DNA of 64,000 nucleotides from the NCBI GenBank assembly GCA_964576115.1, contig CAZNUA010000002.1, positions 21,789 through 85,788 on the forward strand, read 5' to 3'. The notes under the pieces are model-generated. The model saw only the letters and a list, made by a program, of their open reading frames with translations. It did no database searches and was not told the origin of the DNA. A program made the translations under genes and the position numbers. This DNA is from an uncultured Gemmatimonadota bacterium (lineage in GTDB: Bacteria; Blakebacterota; Blakebacteria; Blakebacterales; Blakebacteraceae). Position 1 is the stretch's first letter. Each line of letters begins with the position of its first letter. Shown here one piece after another: positions 28,531 through 38,525 of this stretch.

Positions 28531-29739
28531 TCAGGCGCCGAATTTCTGCAACCGATCGGCGTGCCCGAGAGCCAGCCCCATGAGATGCATCATGGGGAAG
28601 GTGCCCAGGGTGCCCCGGTGGGCGCAGGCGATCTCGGAAAAAGTCTCGACCCCGCTCCAGCGGGCAACGGGCGAGTGCAGCAGGACCGGAACCGAGTGAC
28701 CGGAGTGGGCCCGGACCAGGGCCGGGGTGGAGTGATCGCCGGTCACGACCACCACCCCGGGGCCCAGTTCGAGGAAACCGGGCAGGGCGGCGTCGGCTTC
28801 TTCGATGGCGGCCACTTTGGCGTCGAAGTCGCCATCTTCGCCGCGGGCATCGGTGGCCTTGAAGTGCACGAAGAAGAAATCGTGGCTCGACCAGTAGCCG
28901 GTAACCGCCTCGAGCTGCCCGGCCAGGTCGGTGGCTCCTTCGTGGACATCCATGCCGAGCAGGCGGCTGATGCCCTTGTACATCGGGTAGGTGGCCACCG
29001 CCACCGCCCGCAGACCGAAGCGCTCCTGCAGGCTCGGGTAGCGCCGGAAGCGGGCGATCCCCCGCAGCAGGGGATAGTAAGCCGGTTCGCCGGCTGCCGC
29101 CAGAGGACCGGTCACCTGTTCGAGCAGGGTGCGCAGCAGTTCGGATGCCGGCTCGGCCTCGGGTCGCAGGGCCTCGACCGGCAGGGGCGGTACGCCGGTA
29201 GCCTGGGGATCGGTGTCGGCGATACCGTCGGCCAGTTCGATGCCGTCGGGGCGTAGAACGACCGCCGCCCGGTGTTCCTTGACCGGTTCGACGAAGACCT
29301 CTACCCCCTCAAGCCCGATGGCGTCACGCATGATAGCGCACAGACGCCCGCATTCTTCGGTCCGGATCCGCCCGGCGCGCCGGTCGATGATTCGACCTTC
29401 GGCGTCGACGGTGGCGAAATTGACCCGGATGGCCAGATCCCCCTCGGCCAGCCCGAAACCGATCCCGGCCGCTTCGAGCACCCCCCGGCCGATGTTGTTC
29501 TCGACCGGATCGTATCCGAAGAGCGCAAAATGCCCCGGCCCGCTCCCGGGGGCGATTCCGGGCAAAACCGGTACCGTGAGTCCCGTCTCGGATCGGGCCG
29601 CCAGCTCGTCGAGGACCGGGGTGCGGGCCGCCTCGAGTTCGGTCTGCCGCCGGTCCGGATCGGTCGTCCCGCCCAGACCGTCGAGGATGTAATAGAGGAT
29701 ACGGCAGTCGTTCTGTCGAACGAGTTCATCGGGCAGCAT
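28531..29739 (-). CDS. cofactor-independent phosphoglycerate mutase, archaeal type (ApgM) / metalloenzyme-superfamily phosphomutase
   Basis: Alkaline-phosphatase-like metal-binding motifs (YILDGLGG..., VVVTGDHSTP, HSGHSVP); start at MLPDEL with GGAGAG RBS; the track ORF extends to 29880. Confidence 0.7.
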   Translation of the reverse strand: MLPDELVRQNDCRILYYILDGLGGTTDPDRRQTELEAARTPVLDELAARSETGLTVPVLPGIAPGSGPGHFALFGYDPVENNIGRGVLEAAGIGFGLAEGDLAIRVNFATVDAEGRIIDRRAGRIRTEECGRLCAIMRDAIGLEGVEVFVEPVKEHRAAVVLRPDGIELADGIADTDPQATGVPPLPVEALRPEAEPASELLRTLLEQVTGPLAAAGEPAYYPLLRGIARFRRYPSLQERFGLRAVAVATYPMYKGISRLLGMDVHEGATDLAGQLEAVTGYWSSHDFFFVHFKATDARGEDGDFDAKVAAIEEADAALPGFLELGPGVVVVTGDHSTPALVRAHSGHSVPVLLHSPVARWSGVETFSEIACAHRGTLGTFPMMHLMGLALGHADRLQKFGA

Positions 29740-29860
29740 CGTACAACTCTCCTGGAACGGGTGGGGAACCTGTCCTACATTACAGGTGTGCCCGGACCCG
29801 GTCAGTAGAAAAGGCCGGACCGGAACAATGCTCGCCGCCCTGTCGTATAGCAGAGGTGCC

Positions 29861-30694
29861 ATGACCGACGACGACCGCACCGGTACCGGACCCGAATCCG
29901 GCGACGATCTTCCCCGCGAGGAGTACTACTACGACCTGCCCGGTTCCGAGGGAGACCGGCGGGACGCTTCGCAGGACGGGGGATCGGGCTCGAGCCGCAC
30001 GCCGGGAAACGGCAGGAGGGGCAACAGTCACCAGTACGATCTGGGGACCTGGATCGTGGACGGCTGGCACGTGATCCGCGATGAGCTCGTCGGTTACATG
30101 ATCGCCGCTTTCATCCTGGCCCTGATTCTGGTCATCGCCCTGAGGATCCACGTCCTGATCTATATTGCGATCGGCGGCCCCCTGAAGGCCGGCTTTTTTC
30201 TGATGACCATCAACCACATGCGCACCGGCAAGCCGCCGCACATCGGCGATCTCTTCCAGCCGTACAACCGGTACGTGCCGATAACTCTCGCTTTCCTGCT
30301 CATGAGCGCCTTTTCGGCCATCGGATTCGTCCTCTGTCTGGTTCCCGGCATCATCGTGCTGGGAATCTACCTCTTCACCTTCCTGTTCATCATCGACAAG
30401 GGCTACGATTTCTGGGAAGCAATGGAAGCCAGCCGCCGGGTGGTTTCGCGCGACTACATGCTCTTTTTCCTCTTCGCTCTGGTGCTGCTGGTACTCAACT
30501 TCGCAGGCCTGATCTTCTTCATAATCGGTCTGCTCATCACTCTGCCGCTGCAGTTCGCCGCGATCGCCTGCGCCTACCGGCAGATCGTGGGTCTGGAGCC
30601 CGAGCCGGCCGTGCGCCCCTATGAGCCGCGTCCCCGGCCCTACCCGGGCACAACCGGTCCAGAAGACAGCGACTACCCCGATATCATTTCATAG
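29861..30694 (+). CDS. integral membrane protein of unknown function (about 6 TM) with acidic N-terminus and Pro-rich C-terminal tail
   Basis: Hydropathy pattern only; start uncertain (track ORF starts 29786; Met at 29828 or 29861). Confidence 0.45.
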   Translation: MTDDDRTGTGPESGDDLPREEYYYDLPGSEGDRRDASQDGGSGSSRTPGNGRRGNSHQYDLGTWIVDGWHVIRDELVGYMIAAFILALILVIALRIHVLIYIAIGGPLKAGFFLMTINHMRTGKPPHIGDLFQPYNRYVPITLAFLLMSAFSAIGFVLCLVPGIIVLGIYLFTFLFIIDKGYDFWEAMEASRRVVSRDYMLFFLFALVLLVLNFAGLIFFIIGLLITLPLQFAAIACAYRQIVGLEPEPAVRPYEPRPRPYPGTTGPEDSDYPDIIS

Positions 30695-30761
30695 GAGCCT
30701 GTCGGAGTAATCCGCCGGCTGCGGTCTGCGCTGGCATCCGGCCGGGCAGGGGTGTTGTTTT

Positions 30762-32012
30762 CTATGGCGCAAGCCTGAGAGCCAGCTCGTCGGCCAGGAG
30801 CATTCCCGCATCGGTCAGCACGATTCTTTCTGCTTCACGTCGGGCCAGGCCCCGGGCGATGGTTGCCTCAGAGCGGGCGAGGATGCCCTCCCGATAGACC
30901 TCCGGAATACGGTCCAGGTTCAGACCCGCAGCCGTGCGCAGCCCCAGGAGGACCCGCTCCCGGCACCGTGCCAGTTCATCGGGTTCCTCGACTTCGGCCC
31001 AGGGCAGACGTCCCCCCTCGAGCAGCGAGGATTGCCAGGCCTCGAGTTCGCGCTGGTTGGCGATCCGCAGACCGGCCAGGTGGCTGTGGGCCGAGGGTCC
31101 GAGACCGAGCCAGGAGGCGCCGGTCCAGTAGGCCCGGTTGTGCACCGCCTCGGCCCCCGGACGGGCGAAGTTGCTGACCTCGTAGCGTTCATGGCCGGCC
31201 GGGCGCAGGGCCGCGACCGCACTCTCATACGCTGCGGCCAGCCACTCCTGGTCGCGTTCGGTCAGCCGCCCGCGGTCGCGCCAGCGCGTAAAGAGCGTGC
31301 CCTCCTCCCAGGTCAGGCCGTAGAGAGAAAGATGGTCGGGACGAAGGGCCAGGGCGCGTTCGATATCCGCCTCCCAGTCGGCCCGGGTCTGCTCCGGGGC
31401 ACCGAAGATCAGATCGAGACTGAGGGCAAAGCCCGCTCCGGTGATGCGGCCGGCTGCCGTGTCGATATCGGCCGGGGTGTGCACCCGCCCCAGGCGCCGC
31501 AGCACCGGCGCCGAAAAACTCTGCGCTCCGAGGCTGATCCGGGTGATCCCCCCGGAGCGGAGCACCGCCAGGCGTTCGGGATCGGCGTGCTCGGGATTGA
31601 CCTCGCAGGTGGCTTCGGTCCACTCCGACCCCCAGGTGCGGCCGATCCAGGCCAGCAGGCGCTCCAGGTCGGCCGGGGAAAGCCAGGAGGGGGTGCCGCC
31701 GCCCAGGTAGAGGGTTCGCACCGCCGATCCGCCGTCGGCCGGGGAATCGTCGGCCGGCGGAGACACTGCTGCCGTACTTCTGGCCGCCGTGCCATCGACC
31801 GGCGAGGACGTCCCGAGCCGGACGCCCGCCCCGGCCCACAGATCGGCCTCACGCTCCAGCGCGGCGATGAAGGCATCGGTGTCGGCCCCGCGGCCCACGA
31901 CCACGGCGAAATCGCAGTAGGGGCAGCGGCGCTCGCAGAAGGGCAGGTGCAGGTAGAGATGGTCGACGAGAACGCTCCGGCCGGCCAGGCGGGCGACCGC
32001 ATCGGCCGTCAT
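30762..32012 (-). CDS. hemW: radical SAM heme chaperone HemW (HemN-like, oxygen-independent coproporphyrinogen oxidase family)
   Basis: CxxxCxxC radical-SAM motif (CERRCPYCDF) and HemN C-terminal domain. Confidence 0.8.
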   Translation of the reverse strand: MTADAVARLAGRSVLVDHLYLHLPFCERRCPYCDFAVVVGRGADTDAFIAALEREADLWAGAGVRLGTSSPVDGTAARSTAAVSPPADDSPADGGSAVRTLYLGGGTPSWLSPADLERLLAWIGRTWGSEWTEATCEVNPEHADPERLAVLRSGGITRISLGAQSFSAPVLRRLGRVHTPADIDTAAGRITGAGFALSLDLIFGAPEQTRADWEADIERALALRPDHLSLYGLTWEEGTLFTRWRDRGRLTERDQEWLAAAYESAVAALRPAGHERYEVSNFARPGAEAVHNRAYWTGASWLGLGPSAHSHLAGLRIANQRELEAWQSSLLEGGRLPWAEVEEPDELARCRERVLLGLRTAAGLNLDRIPEVYREGILARSEATIARGLARREAERIVLTDAGMLLADELALRLAP

Positions 32013-32013
32013 G

Positions 32014-33816
32014 CTAATCCTCGTCTGTGATCGAGAGGAAGGCCAGAAAGGCTTCCTGGGGGATCTCGACCTGTCCCACCGCCTTCATCCGTTTCTTGCC
32101 CTCCTTCTGCCGTTCCAGAAGCTTGCGCTTGCGGGTCACATCGCCGCCGTAGCATTTGGCGGTCACGTTCTTGCGCAGGGCGCTCACGGTTTCCCGGGCG
32201 ATGATCCGGTTGCCCACCGCGGCCTGAATGGCCACGGCGAAGAGCTGACGGGGGATGAGTTCCTTCAGGCGCCGGGTGAGTTTGCGCCCCCACTCATAGG
32301 CCTTGCCGGCATGCACGATCATGCTCAGGGTGTCGACCGGCTCGCCGTTGAGCATGATATCGAGTTTCTGCACCGCTCCGGGCCGCCAGCCGCTGAACTC
32401 GTAATCGAGGCTGGCGTAACCGCGGCTGACCGATTTCAGTTTGTCGTAAAAGTCGAACACGATCTCGGCCAGGGGCAGGCCGAGGGTGATCATGACCCGC
32501 TCTCCGCCCAGATACTCCATGGTGCGGTGTTCGGCCCGCCGCTCCTGACAGAGGGTCATGAGGTTGCCGATGTAGGCCTGGGGGGTGGTGATGTGGGCTT
32601 CGACCCACGGTTCCTCGATCCGTTCGATGCGCTGCGGTTCGGGGAGCAGGGCCGGGTTGTCGACCGCCAGGGTTTCGCCGTCGGTGGTAAGCACGCGGTA
32701 TTCCACGCTCGGCACGGTGGCGATGATCCCCAGACCGTGCTCGCGACTCAACCGCTCCTGGACGATTTCCATGTGGAGCAGGCCGAGGAAGCCGCAGCGG
32801 AACCCGAAGCCCAGGGCGGCGCTCGATTCCGGCTCGAAACTGAGGGCGGCGTCGTTGAGCTGCAACCGTTCCAGGGCATCCTTGAGGTTGCCGTGATCCT
32901 CACTCTCCATCGGGTAGATACCGCTGAAGACCATCGACTTGGCCCGCTGGTAGCGGGTCAGGGGTTCTGCGGCCGGAGTGCGGGCGTCGGTGATGGTGTC
33001 ACCGACCTGGGCGTCACGGATCGTCTTGATCGAGGCGCACAGGTAGCCGACCTCGCCGGCGGTCAGTTCATCGCGCTGCTCGCGGCGCAGGCGGAAGATG
33101 CCGACCTCGTCGATCTCGAACGTCTTGCCCGAGCCCATGAGATGGATGTCCTGCCCCGGCCGGAGCGAACCGTCGACCACCCGCAGATGGGGCACCGCCC
33201 CGCGGTAGGTATCGAAAACCGAATCGAAGATCAACGCCCGGAGCGGGGCGCTCGCTTCGCCCGCCGGGGCCGGGATACGGTCTATGACCGCTTCGAGCAC
33301 CGCGGCGATATTGGTCCCCTCCTTGGCCGAGACCGGGATGACGTCCTCGGGCGCGACGCCGATCAGATCGCACAGTTCGGCCGTCACGTCGTCGGGGCGG
33401 GCGCTCGGCAGGTCGATCTTGTTCACCACCGGAATGATCTCGAGATCGTTTTCGATCGCCAGGTAGAGATTGCTGAGGGTCTGGGCCTCGATCCCCTGAC
33501 TGGCGTCGACCACCAGCACGGCCCCCTCACAGGCGGCCAGCGAGCGGGAGACCTCGTAGGTGAAGTCGACGTGGCCGGGGGTGTCGATGAGGTTGAGAAT
33601 GTAGTTCTCACCCCCCCGCTCCCAGGCCATACGGACCGGGTGCATCTTGATGGTGATGCCCCGCTCCCGCTCCAGATCCATGTCGTCGAGAACCTGGTCG
33701 ACCATCTTCAAGCGTTCGAGGGTGCCGGTTGCTTCGAGCAGGCGATCGGCCAGGGTCGACTTGCCGTGATCGATGTGGGCGACGATGCAGAAATTGCGGA
33801 TGAGGGTCTGATCCAT
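32014..33816 (-). CDS. lepA: translation elongation factor 4
   Basis: N-terminus [27 protein letters not shown] and all GTPase G motifs; 600 aa; characteristic LepA C-terminal domain. Confidence 0.95.
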   Translation of the reverse strand: MDQTLIRNFCIVAHIDHGKSTLADRLLEATGTLERLKMVDQVLDDMDLERERGITIKMHPVRMAWERGGENYILNLIDTPGHVDFTYEVSRSLAACEGAVLVVDASQGIEAQTLSNLYLAIENDLEIIPVVNKIDLPSARPDDVTAELCDLIGVAPEDVIPVSAKEGTNIAAVLEAVIDRIPAPAGEASAPLRALIFDSVFDTYRGAVPHLRVVDGSLRPGQDIHLMGSGKTFEIDEVGIFRLRREQRDELTAGEVGYLCASIKTIRDAQVGDTITDARTPAAEPLTRYQRAKSMVFSGIYPMESEDHGNLKDALERLQLNDAALSFEPESSAALGFGFRCGFLGLLHMEIVQERLSREHGLGIIATVPSVEYRVLTTDGETLAVDNPALLPEPQRIERIEEPWVEAHITTPQAYIGNLMTLCQERRAEHRTMEYLGGERVMITLGLPLAEIVFDFYDKLKSVSRGYASLDYEFSGWRPGAVQKLDIMLNGEPVDTLSMIVHAGKAYEWGRKLTRRLKELIPRQLFAVAIQAAVGNRIIARETVSALRKNVTAKCYGGDVTRKRKLLERQKEGKKRMKAVGQVEIPQEAFLAFLSITDED

Positions 33817-33857
33817 CGGATCTCAGTCGGAGAGCGGACCGCGGTCGGAGCGGATAC

Positions 33858-35465
33858 TCACCGGCCTCCTTCCACCCGCTCGACATATTTCACGATCGCC
33901 TCGTGCAGGGCTTCGGCGACCCGGTTCTTGAAACTGTTCTGGCGCAGGTAGTTCTCCTCGGCCCGGTTGGTGATGAAGGCCATCTCGACCAGCACCCCCG
34001 GCATGCTGGCGCCGTTCAGGACCAGGAACCCCGCCTGATCGAGCCGCCGGGGCTGCACCTGATGCCGGATCCGGCCGATGAGTTCGTCCTGGATCAGGCC
34101 GGCCAGGACCTGACTCTCCTCCAGGAATTTGGTACTGTAGAGTTCCCCCAGGATCCCGCGCAGCATCGGCTCGCCGGCGTTGAGCTGCAGAGCCCGGGAG
34201 TTTTCCTCGTACCTGATGACCGAGTTCTCGTAGGTGGCGACCTGACGGGATTCGTCGTTTTTCGCCTCGGAGAGAAAGAAGGTCATGAAGCCGTTGGCCG
34301 AGGGATCGTCGAACCCGTTGGCGTGGATGGAGATGAAGAGATCTCCCTGCCGCTCGTTGGCGATCGCGTAGCGTTCGGCGAGTTCGGGGAAGACATCGCT
34401 CTCCCGGGTCATGACGACTTCGATGTCGCTGGTGCGCGGGTCGCGCCCGAACAATTCGCGCAGACGCAGAGCCACGTCGAGAACAACCTCTTTCTCCTGC
34501 AGCCCGGTGGGGCCGATGCTGCCCGGATCGCGCCCGCCGTGGCCGGGATCGATGACCACGGTCTGGATGCCGCGCCGGGGCACGGCGGGATTGGGGGCCG
34601 AGGTGTCGACCCGCTCCCCGGCCGCCGAACGCCGCAGGGTCAGCAGGAGCCCGTCCCGGGTGGGGTAGAACTCGGGTTGCTCGGTGTAGCGCCGCGAGAG
34701 CTTGAAACTGATCTGCAGGACGTCTTCTTCCTCGTATACCTCGAGCCCCCGGACCAGCCCGATGCAGCGGGTCCGTTTCAGGGCCGCCACGTCGGCCCGG
34801 GCACCGAGAAAACTGATATGGAGCCAGCCTTCACCCTCGGAAAAGGAATCATAGGTCAGCGGCTCGGTCAGCAGGATCTCCACCTCGGTGCCCTGTTCGG
34901 GCCGGTCGGTCATGCGGATGCCCAGGATATTCAGTCCGGAGCCGCCGTAGTTGAGCCAGCCCTGCTGGGGCAGGTACTCGCACTCCCGCCCGGTATACTC
35001 GCTCAAGAGGTGGGCCACTCCGGCCGCCGGAGCGTAGGGCAGGCCGTCGCGCAGCAGTACCGGCCGGGGCAGGTTCACGGCCCGGTTGGGTTGCTTGTCC
35101 ACGACCACGGTCGGCGATCCGAGGGTGAAGATCAGGTGCCGCGTGCCCGTGAACAGCTCGTACTTGTTCTTGATATCCCAGCGATCCTGGGCCCCGAGAT
35201 AGCTCGCCAGATCGGTGAGTCGAAGAAAGATCTCGCCCCCCTCGAGCCGGATCCCCCGCAAGCGGTCCTGGGTCGGGGTGCCGTTACGGGCGATCACAAC
35301 CATCGGTTCGGCGAATCCGATCGGGTCGGGTTCCTGCAGCACGGGCTGAGACGCTGCGGCGACCGCCCACGGCGGCGCCAGAACGGTCAGGAGCAGAATT
35401 GCCGCCGTTGAGCAACGACGCCCTCGGGTAGCGGCCGGGGTATATCTGGATTGCAGCATCATCAT
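33858..35465 (-). CDS. N-acetylmuramoyl-L-alanine amidase (Amidase_3) with N-terminal AMIN domain
   Basis: VVIDPGHGGRDPG zinc-amidase motif; signal peptide. Confidence 0.8.
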   Translation of the reverse strand: MMMLQSRYTPAATRGRRCSTAAILLLTVLAPPWAVAAASQPVLQEPDPIGFAEPMVVIARNGTPTQDRLRGIRLEGGEIFLRLTDLASYLGAQDRWDIKNKYELFTGTRHLIFTLGSPTVVVDKQPNRAVNLPRPVLLRDGLPYAPAAGVAHLLSEYTGRECEYLPQQGWLNYGGSGLNILGIRMTDRPEQGTEVEILLTEPLTYDSFSEGEGWLHISFLGARADVAALKRTRCIGLVRGLEVYEEEDVLQISFKLSRRYTEQPEFYPTRDGLLLTLRRSAAGERVDTSAPNPAVPRRGIQTVVIDPGHGGRDPGSIGPTGLQEKEVVLDVALRLRELFGRDPRTSDIEVVMTRESDVFPELAERYAIANERQGDLFISIHANGFDDPSANGFMTFFLSEAKNDESRQVATYENSVIRYEENSRALQLNAGEPMLRGILGELYSTKFLEESQVLAGLIQDELIGRIRHQVQPRRLDQAGFLVLNGASMPGVLVEMAFITNRAEENYLRQNSFKNRVAEALHEAIVKYVERVEGGR

Positions 35466-35499
35466 GATCTCAGAACGATCCGGGGTCCTGAAGGGTTCC

Positions 35500-35955
35500 T
35501 TACCCTTTGAGCGAACGCAGGGCCTTTTTCATCTCCCGCCTGGCTTCATCATCCTCTATCCGGCGCCGTTTGTCACCCTTGCCGCGCCCGCGGGCCACGG
35601 CCAGGAGGATTTTGGCATACCCCCCCTGAAAATACAGTCTGACCGGCACGAGGGTCAGACCCTTCTGAGAGACCCGGCCGATAAGCCGCCGGATCTGGTG
35701 ACGATGGAGCAGCAGCTTGCGCGGGCGTTTCGGCTCGTGGTTGCTGTAACCGCCCTGCTCGTAAGGCGGTATATGGCAGTCGATCAGCCAGACCTCGCCG
35801 CCCTCGATGCGTGCGAAACTGCCGCTCAGATCGGCCCGCCCGGCCCGCAGGCTCTTGACCTCGGTGCCGGTCAGAACCAGACCGGCTTCGACGGTTTCGA
35901 TGATCTCGTAGTCGCGCCGGATCCGTTTGTTCGAGGCCACCAGGCGCTCTGCCAT
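35500..35955 (-). CDS. smpB: SsrA-binding protein
   Basis: Conserved SmpB core (NKRIRRDYEI...GTEVKSLR...WLIDCHIPPY) and basic C-terminal tail; start at MAERLV. Confidence 0.9.
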   Translation of the reverse strand: MAERLVASNKRIRRDYEIIETVEAGLVLTGTEVKSLRAGRADLSGSFARIEGGEVWLIDCHIPPYEQGGYSNHEPKRPRKLLLHRHQIRRLIGRVSQKGLTLVPVRLYFQGGYAKILLAVARGRGKGDKRRRIEDDEARREMKKALRSLKG

Positions 35956-36098
35956 GACGATCACCCGCCGGGTTTTCTGTCCGGGAACTGAACTGGCGTG
36001 CATCCGGAGTTTCCGGATGGGCACAAACTACGCCGAGCAGGGCAGGCGGAATAGGGAAAAGGCATGGTGCCGCCGGTGCGCCACCCCCTTCCCGGATC

Positions 36099-36127
36099 TT
36101 GACGAACGTGCACCTGGACCGTAGGTT
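36099..36127 (+). promoter_or_regulatory. putative sigma-70 promoter for tRNA-Leu (-35 TTGACG, 17-nt spacer, -10 TAGGTT)
   Basis: Motifs 10-40 nt upstream of the tRNA 5' end. Confidence 0.4.
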
Positions 36128-36138
36128 TGTCTGTCGCT

Positions 36139-36225
36139 GCCGAAGTGGTGGAATTGGTAGACACGCTGCGTTCAGGACGCAGTGGGCGCAAGCCCGTGTG
36201 GGTTCAAATCCCTCCTTCGGCACCA
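36139..36225 (+). tRNA. tRNA-Leu (anticodon CAG), class II tRNA with long variable arm, CCA encoded
   Basis: Acceptor GCCGAAG/CTTCGGC, D-loop AATTGGTAGA, anticodon stem-loop CTGCG-TTCAGGA-CGCAG, variable stem GGGC/GCCC, T-loop GGTTCAAATCC, 3' ACCA. Confidence 0.85.
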
Positions 36226-36279
36226 GTTCGTTACAGGCCCCCGGCGGTGACCGCCGTCCGGGGGCTTGACGTAAAGAAG

Positions 36280-36308
36280 TTGCCGCCTCAGGAAAAGCGC
36301 GGTATAAG
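36280..36308 (+). promoter_or_regulatory. putative sigma-70 promoter for the response-regulator gene (-35 TTGCCG, 17-nt spacer, -10 TATAAG)
   Basis: Motifs 40-65 nt upstream of ATG 36347. Confidence 0.35.
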
Positions 36309-36346
36309 GCAGGTACTATGGTAACCTTCCAGCATGGGGAAGGCAT

Positions 36347-36715
36347 ATGGCACGCATTCTGGTAGTAGATGACGAGATTGCTATCGTCGATGTCCTCAAG
36401 ACGTTCCTCGAGGAGAACGAACACAAGGTCTTCACCGCCTACGACGGGCTCGAGGCGATCGAGGTCACCAAGCGGGAACGGCCGCACATCATTCTGCTCG
36501 ATATCTACCTGCCGAAGTTGGACGGCATCGAGGTTTTAAAGACGATTCGCGAGTTCGATGACTCGATCGGGGTGATCATGATCACCGCTTTCCGTGAAGA
36601 GGACGTCGCCAAGCACGCCCTCGAACTGGGGGCTTTCGATTACATCAACAAACCGTTCGATTTCGACTACCTGGAACGGTCCCTGGAAACCAAGCTGCAA
36701 CTCATGCTGATGTAG
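36347..36715 (+). CDS. single-domain response regulator (CheY-like receiver)
   Basis: Receiver motifs: DD pair (VVDDE), phospho-acceptor Asp in LLDIYLP, conserved T (ITAF) and K (INKP). Confidence 0.9.
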   Translation: MARILVVDDEIAIVDVLKTFLEENEHKVFTAYDGLEAIEVTKRERPHIILLDIYLPKLDGIEVLKTIREFDDSIGVIMITAFREEDVAKHALELGAFDYINKPFDFDYLERSLETKLQLMLM

Positions 36716-36723
36716 GAGCTGTT

Positions 36724-38451
36724 GTGGACGCCGCCCCGACCCGTTCCCGCCGATCCGCTCCCTTCACACCCGCCGCCTTGGCCCTGCTGGTCGCGGTCGT
36801 TGTGCAATGTCCGTCTGCAGCGACCGCTCAGGTCGCAGTCCCCGCCGGCATGCACGGCGGCGCTCTGGTGGCTTCGGGTCACACCCTCCCCCGGGGCGCC
36901 CTGGCGATCGGTTTCTACGGCGGGCTGACACGTGACGGCATCACCAACCGGGCGGTGGGTGTCGGATCGCTGGCCTACGGTCTCTCCAATGTCTTTCAGC
37001 TGAGCGCCGCCGGCAGTTTCACCAATGCCGGCACCGGTAGTCAGGCCACGAGCTTCGACGGGGCCACCCCCGGCTATGCCGTCGGCCCCATCGCCCTGAC
37101 CGCCCGTCTCCCCGGACCGATCGAACGCCCCTTCCAGATCTCCGCCACCGCCTTTCTGACCCCGGGTGTCGGTTCCGAACCCATGACCGGTCACCATCAT
37201 CCCTGGGCACGCGACAGTTTCGACCTCGGTTTCGTGCTCTCCCAGGGACTCGGGCTGGGTACGTTCCAGCTGAGGGCCATCGAAGGGTACGTGATCACCG
37301 GAGATAAGCCCGTCAACATCCCCAGCCACCTTCTGCTCGGAGGCGGTCTGACCTGGATGGTGATGCCCGCGATCGGTGTGGAGGGCGAGGTCCTGAGCCG
37401 GCTGGAGACGGAAGCTCCGATCAGCATCATGGAGGATTATATCGGCGCCAGCGGTGGTTTCATCTTCACGCTGGGTCAGCGTCTCACCGGCCGGGGCGGG
37501 TTCCTGCTGGGTCGTTCCGAAACGCGATCCGACGGCACCAGCCGGGCCGAAGAGTGGGGTCTGTACGGACAGTTGAGCTGGACTATCGGAGGCACTCTCG
37601 CCGAACGGCAGCCGCGCGAAAGGCGCCGTCCGCGGCCCGAACCGGTCGAAACCCCCGAGACGACGGCGGTCGACACCGATGGCGACGGCGTGCCCGACAC
37701 AGACGACCTCGAACCCGACACCCCGGCCGGAGCGCGCGTGAACGAGTCCGGGCAGGCACTCGACGCAGACGGTGACGGAGTACCTGACGGGATCGACCTC
37801 GAGGAGGCCACCCCGTCAGGTGCGATGGTCGATCACACCGGCCGGGCGCTCGACTCCGACGGCGACAGCGTACCCGACGGGATCGATGTCGAACCCGATA
37901 CTCCCCGGGGTGCCGTGGTGGATGCCGGCGGCAAGGCGATTGATTCAGACGCCGACGGAGTACCCGACGGGATTGACGTCGAGCCCGATACCCCGCCGGG
38001 CGTGCCCACCGATGCCGAAGGACACGGGCTCTACGGGATGGAGGCTGAACTCATCACCCGGGGCCTGCTCACCCTCAATACGATCTACTTCGATTACAAC
38101 TCGGCCGACCTGAAGCCGGAGTCGTTCCAGACCCTGCGGGAGGTCGGCCTGATCCTGGTCAAGTACCGCGATCTGAAGATCGAGATCGGCGGCCACACCG
38201 ACAGTGTCGGCAGTGACGAATACAACCGCCGGCTCAGCCGCGTGCGGGCCGAGTCGGTACTGAACTGGCTCCTGGCCAATGTGCCCGATCTCACCCTGGC
38301 GCAGTTCACCGTCCGGGGGTACGGAGAGTCACAACCGGTAGCCGGCAACGACACCGAGGCGGGACGTACGCTGAACCGTCGGGTGGAATTCAAGGTACTG
38401 AACACCGACCAGCTCGACCGCTACCGGGCCAAGCCACCCCCCCGACTCTGA
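36724..38451 (+). CDS. OmpA-family outer-membrane protein with thrombospondin type-3 (Ca-binding DxDxDGxxD) repeats
   Basis: GTG start with AGGAG RBS; N-terminal beta-barrel-like region; 5 TSP3 repeats (DTDGDGVPD etc.); C-terminal OmpA domain (NTIYFDYNSADL...IGGHTDSVGSDEYNRRLSRVRAESV). Confidence 0.85.
   Translation: MDAAPTRSRRSAPFTPAALALLVAVVVQCPSAATAQVAVPAGMHGGALVASGHTLPRGALAIGFYGGLTRDGITNRAVGVGSLAYGLSNVFQLSAAGSFTNAGTGSQATSFDGATPGYAVGPIALTARLPGPIERPFQISATAFLTPGVGSEPMTGHHHPWARDSFDLGFVLSQGLGLGTFQLRAIEGYVITGDKPVNIPSHLLLGGGLTWMVMPAIGVEGEVLSRLETEAPISIMEDYIGASGGFIFTLGQRLTGRGGFLLGRSETRSDGTSRAEEWGLYGQLSWTIGGTLAERQPRERRRPRPEPVETPETTAVDTDGDGVPDTDDLEPDTPAGARVNESGQALDADGDGVPDGIDLEEATPSGAMVDHTGRALDSDGDSVPDGIDVEPDTPRGAVVDAGGKAIDSDADGVPDGIDVEPDTPPGVPTDAEGHGLYGMEAELITRGLLTLNTIYFDYNSADLKPESFQTLREVGLILVKYRDLKIEIGGHTDSVGSDEYNRRLSRVRAESVLNWLLANVPDLTLAQFTVRGYGESQPVAGNDTEAGRTLNRRVEFKVLNTDQLDRYRAKPPPRL
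37672..38010 (+). repeat. intragenic tandem repeats (about 66-69 nt units, 5 copies) encoding the TSP3 calcium-binding repeats
   Basis: Recurring gacggcgacggcgtgcccgac...gaacccgacaccccg units. Confidence 0.7.
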
Positions 38452-38525
38452 TCACGGCGCGGTTTCGATCGGACAGGGCCCGGCTTTCGTGATGCGCCGG
38501 GCCCTTTTCTTTCAGACGAACTGAT

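Noticed and set aside
29786-29860. Track start for the membrane protein at 29786
   Set aside because: Would leave only 46 nt for a divergent promoter with apgM and adds a non-hydrophobic Arg/Gly-rich extension; a later Met was preferred but remains uncertain
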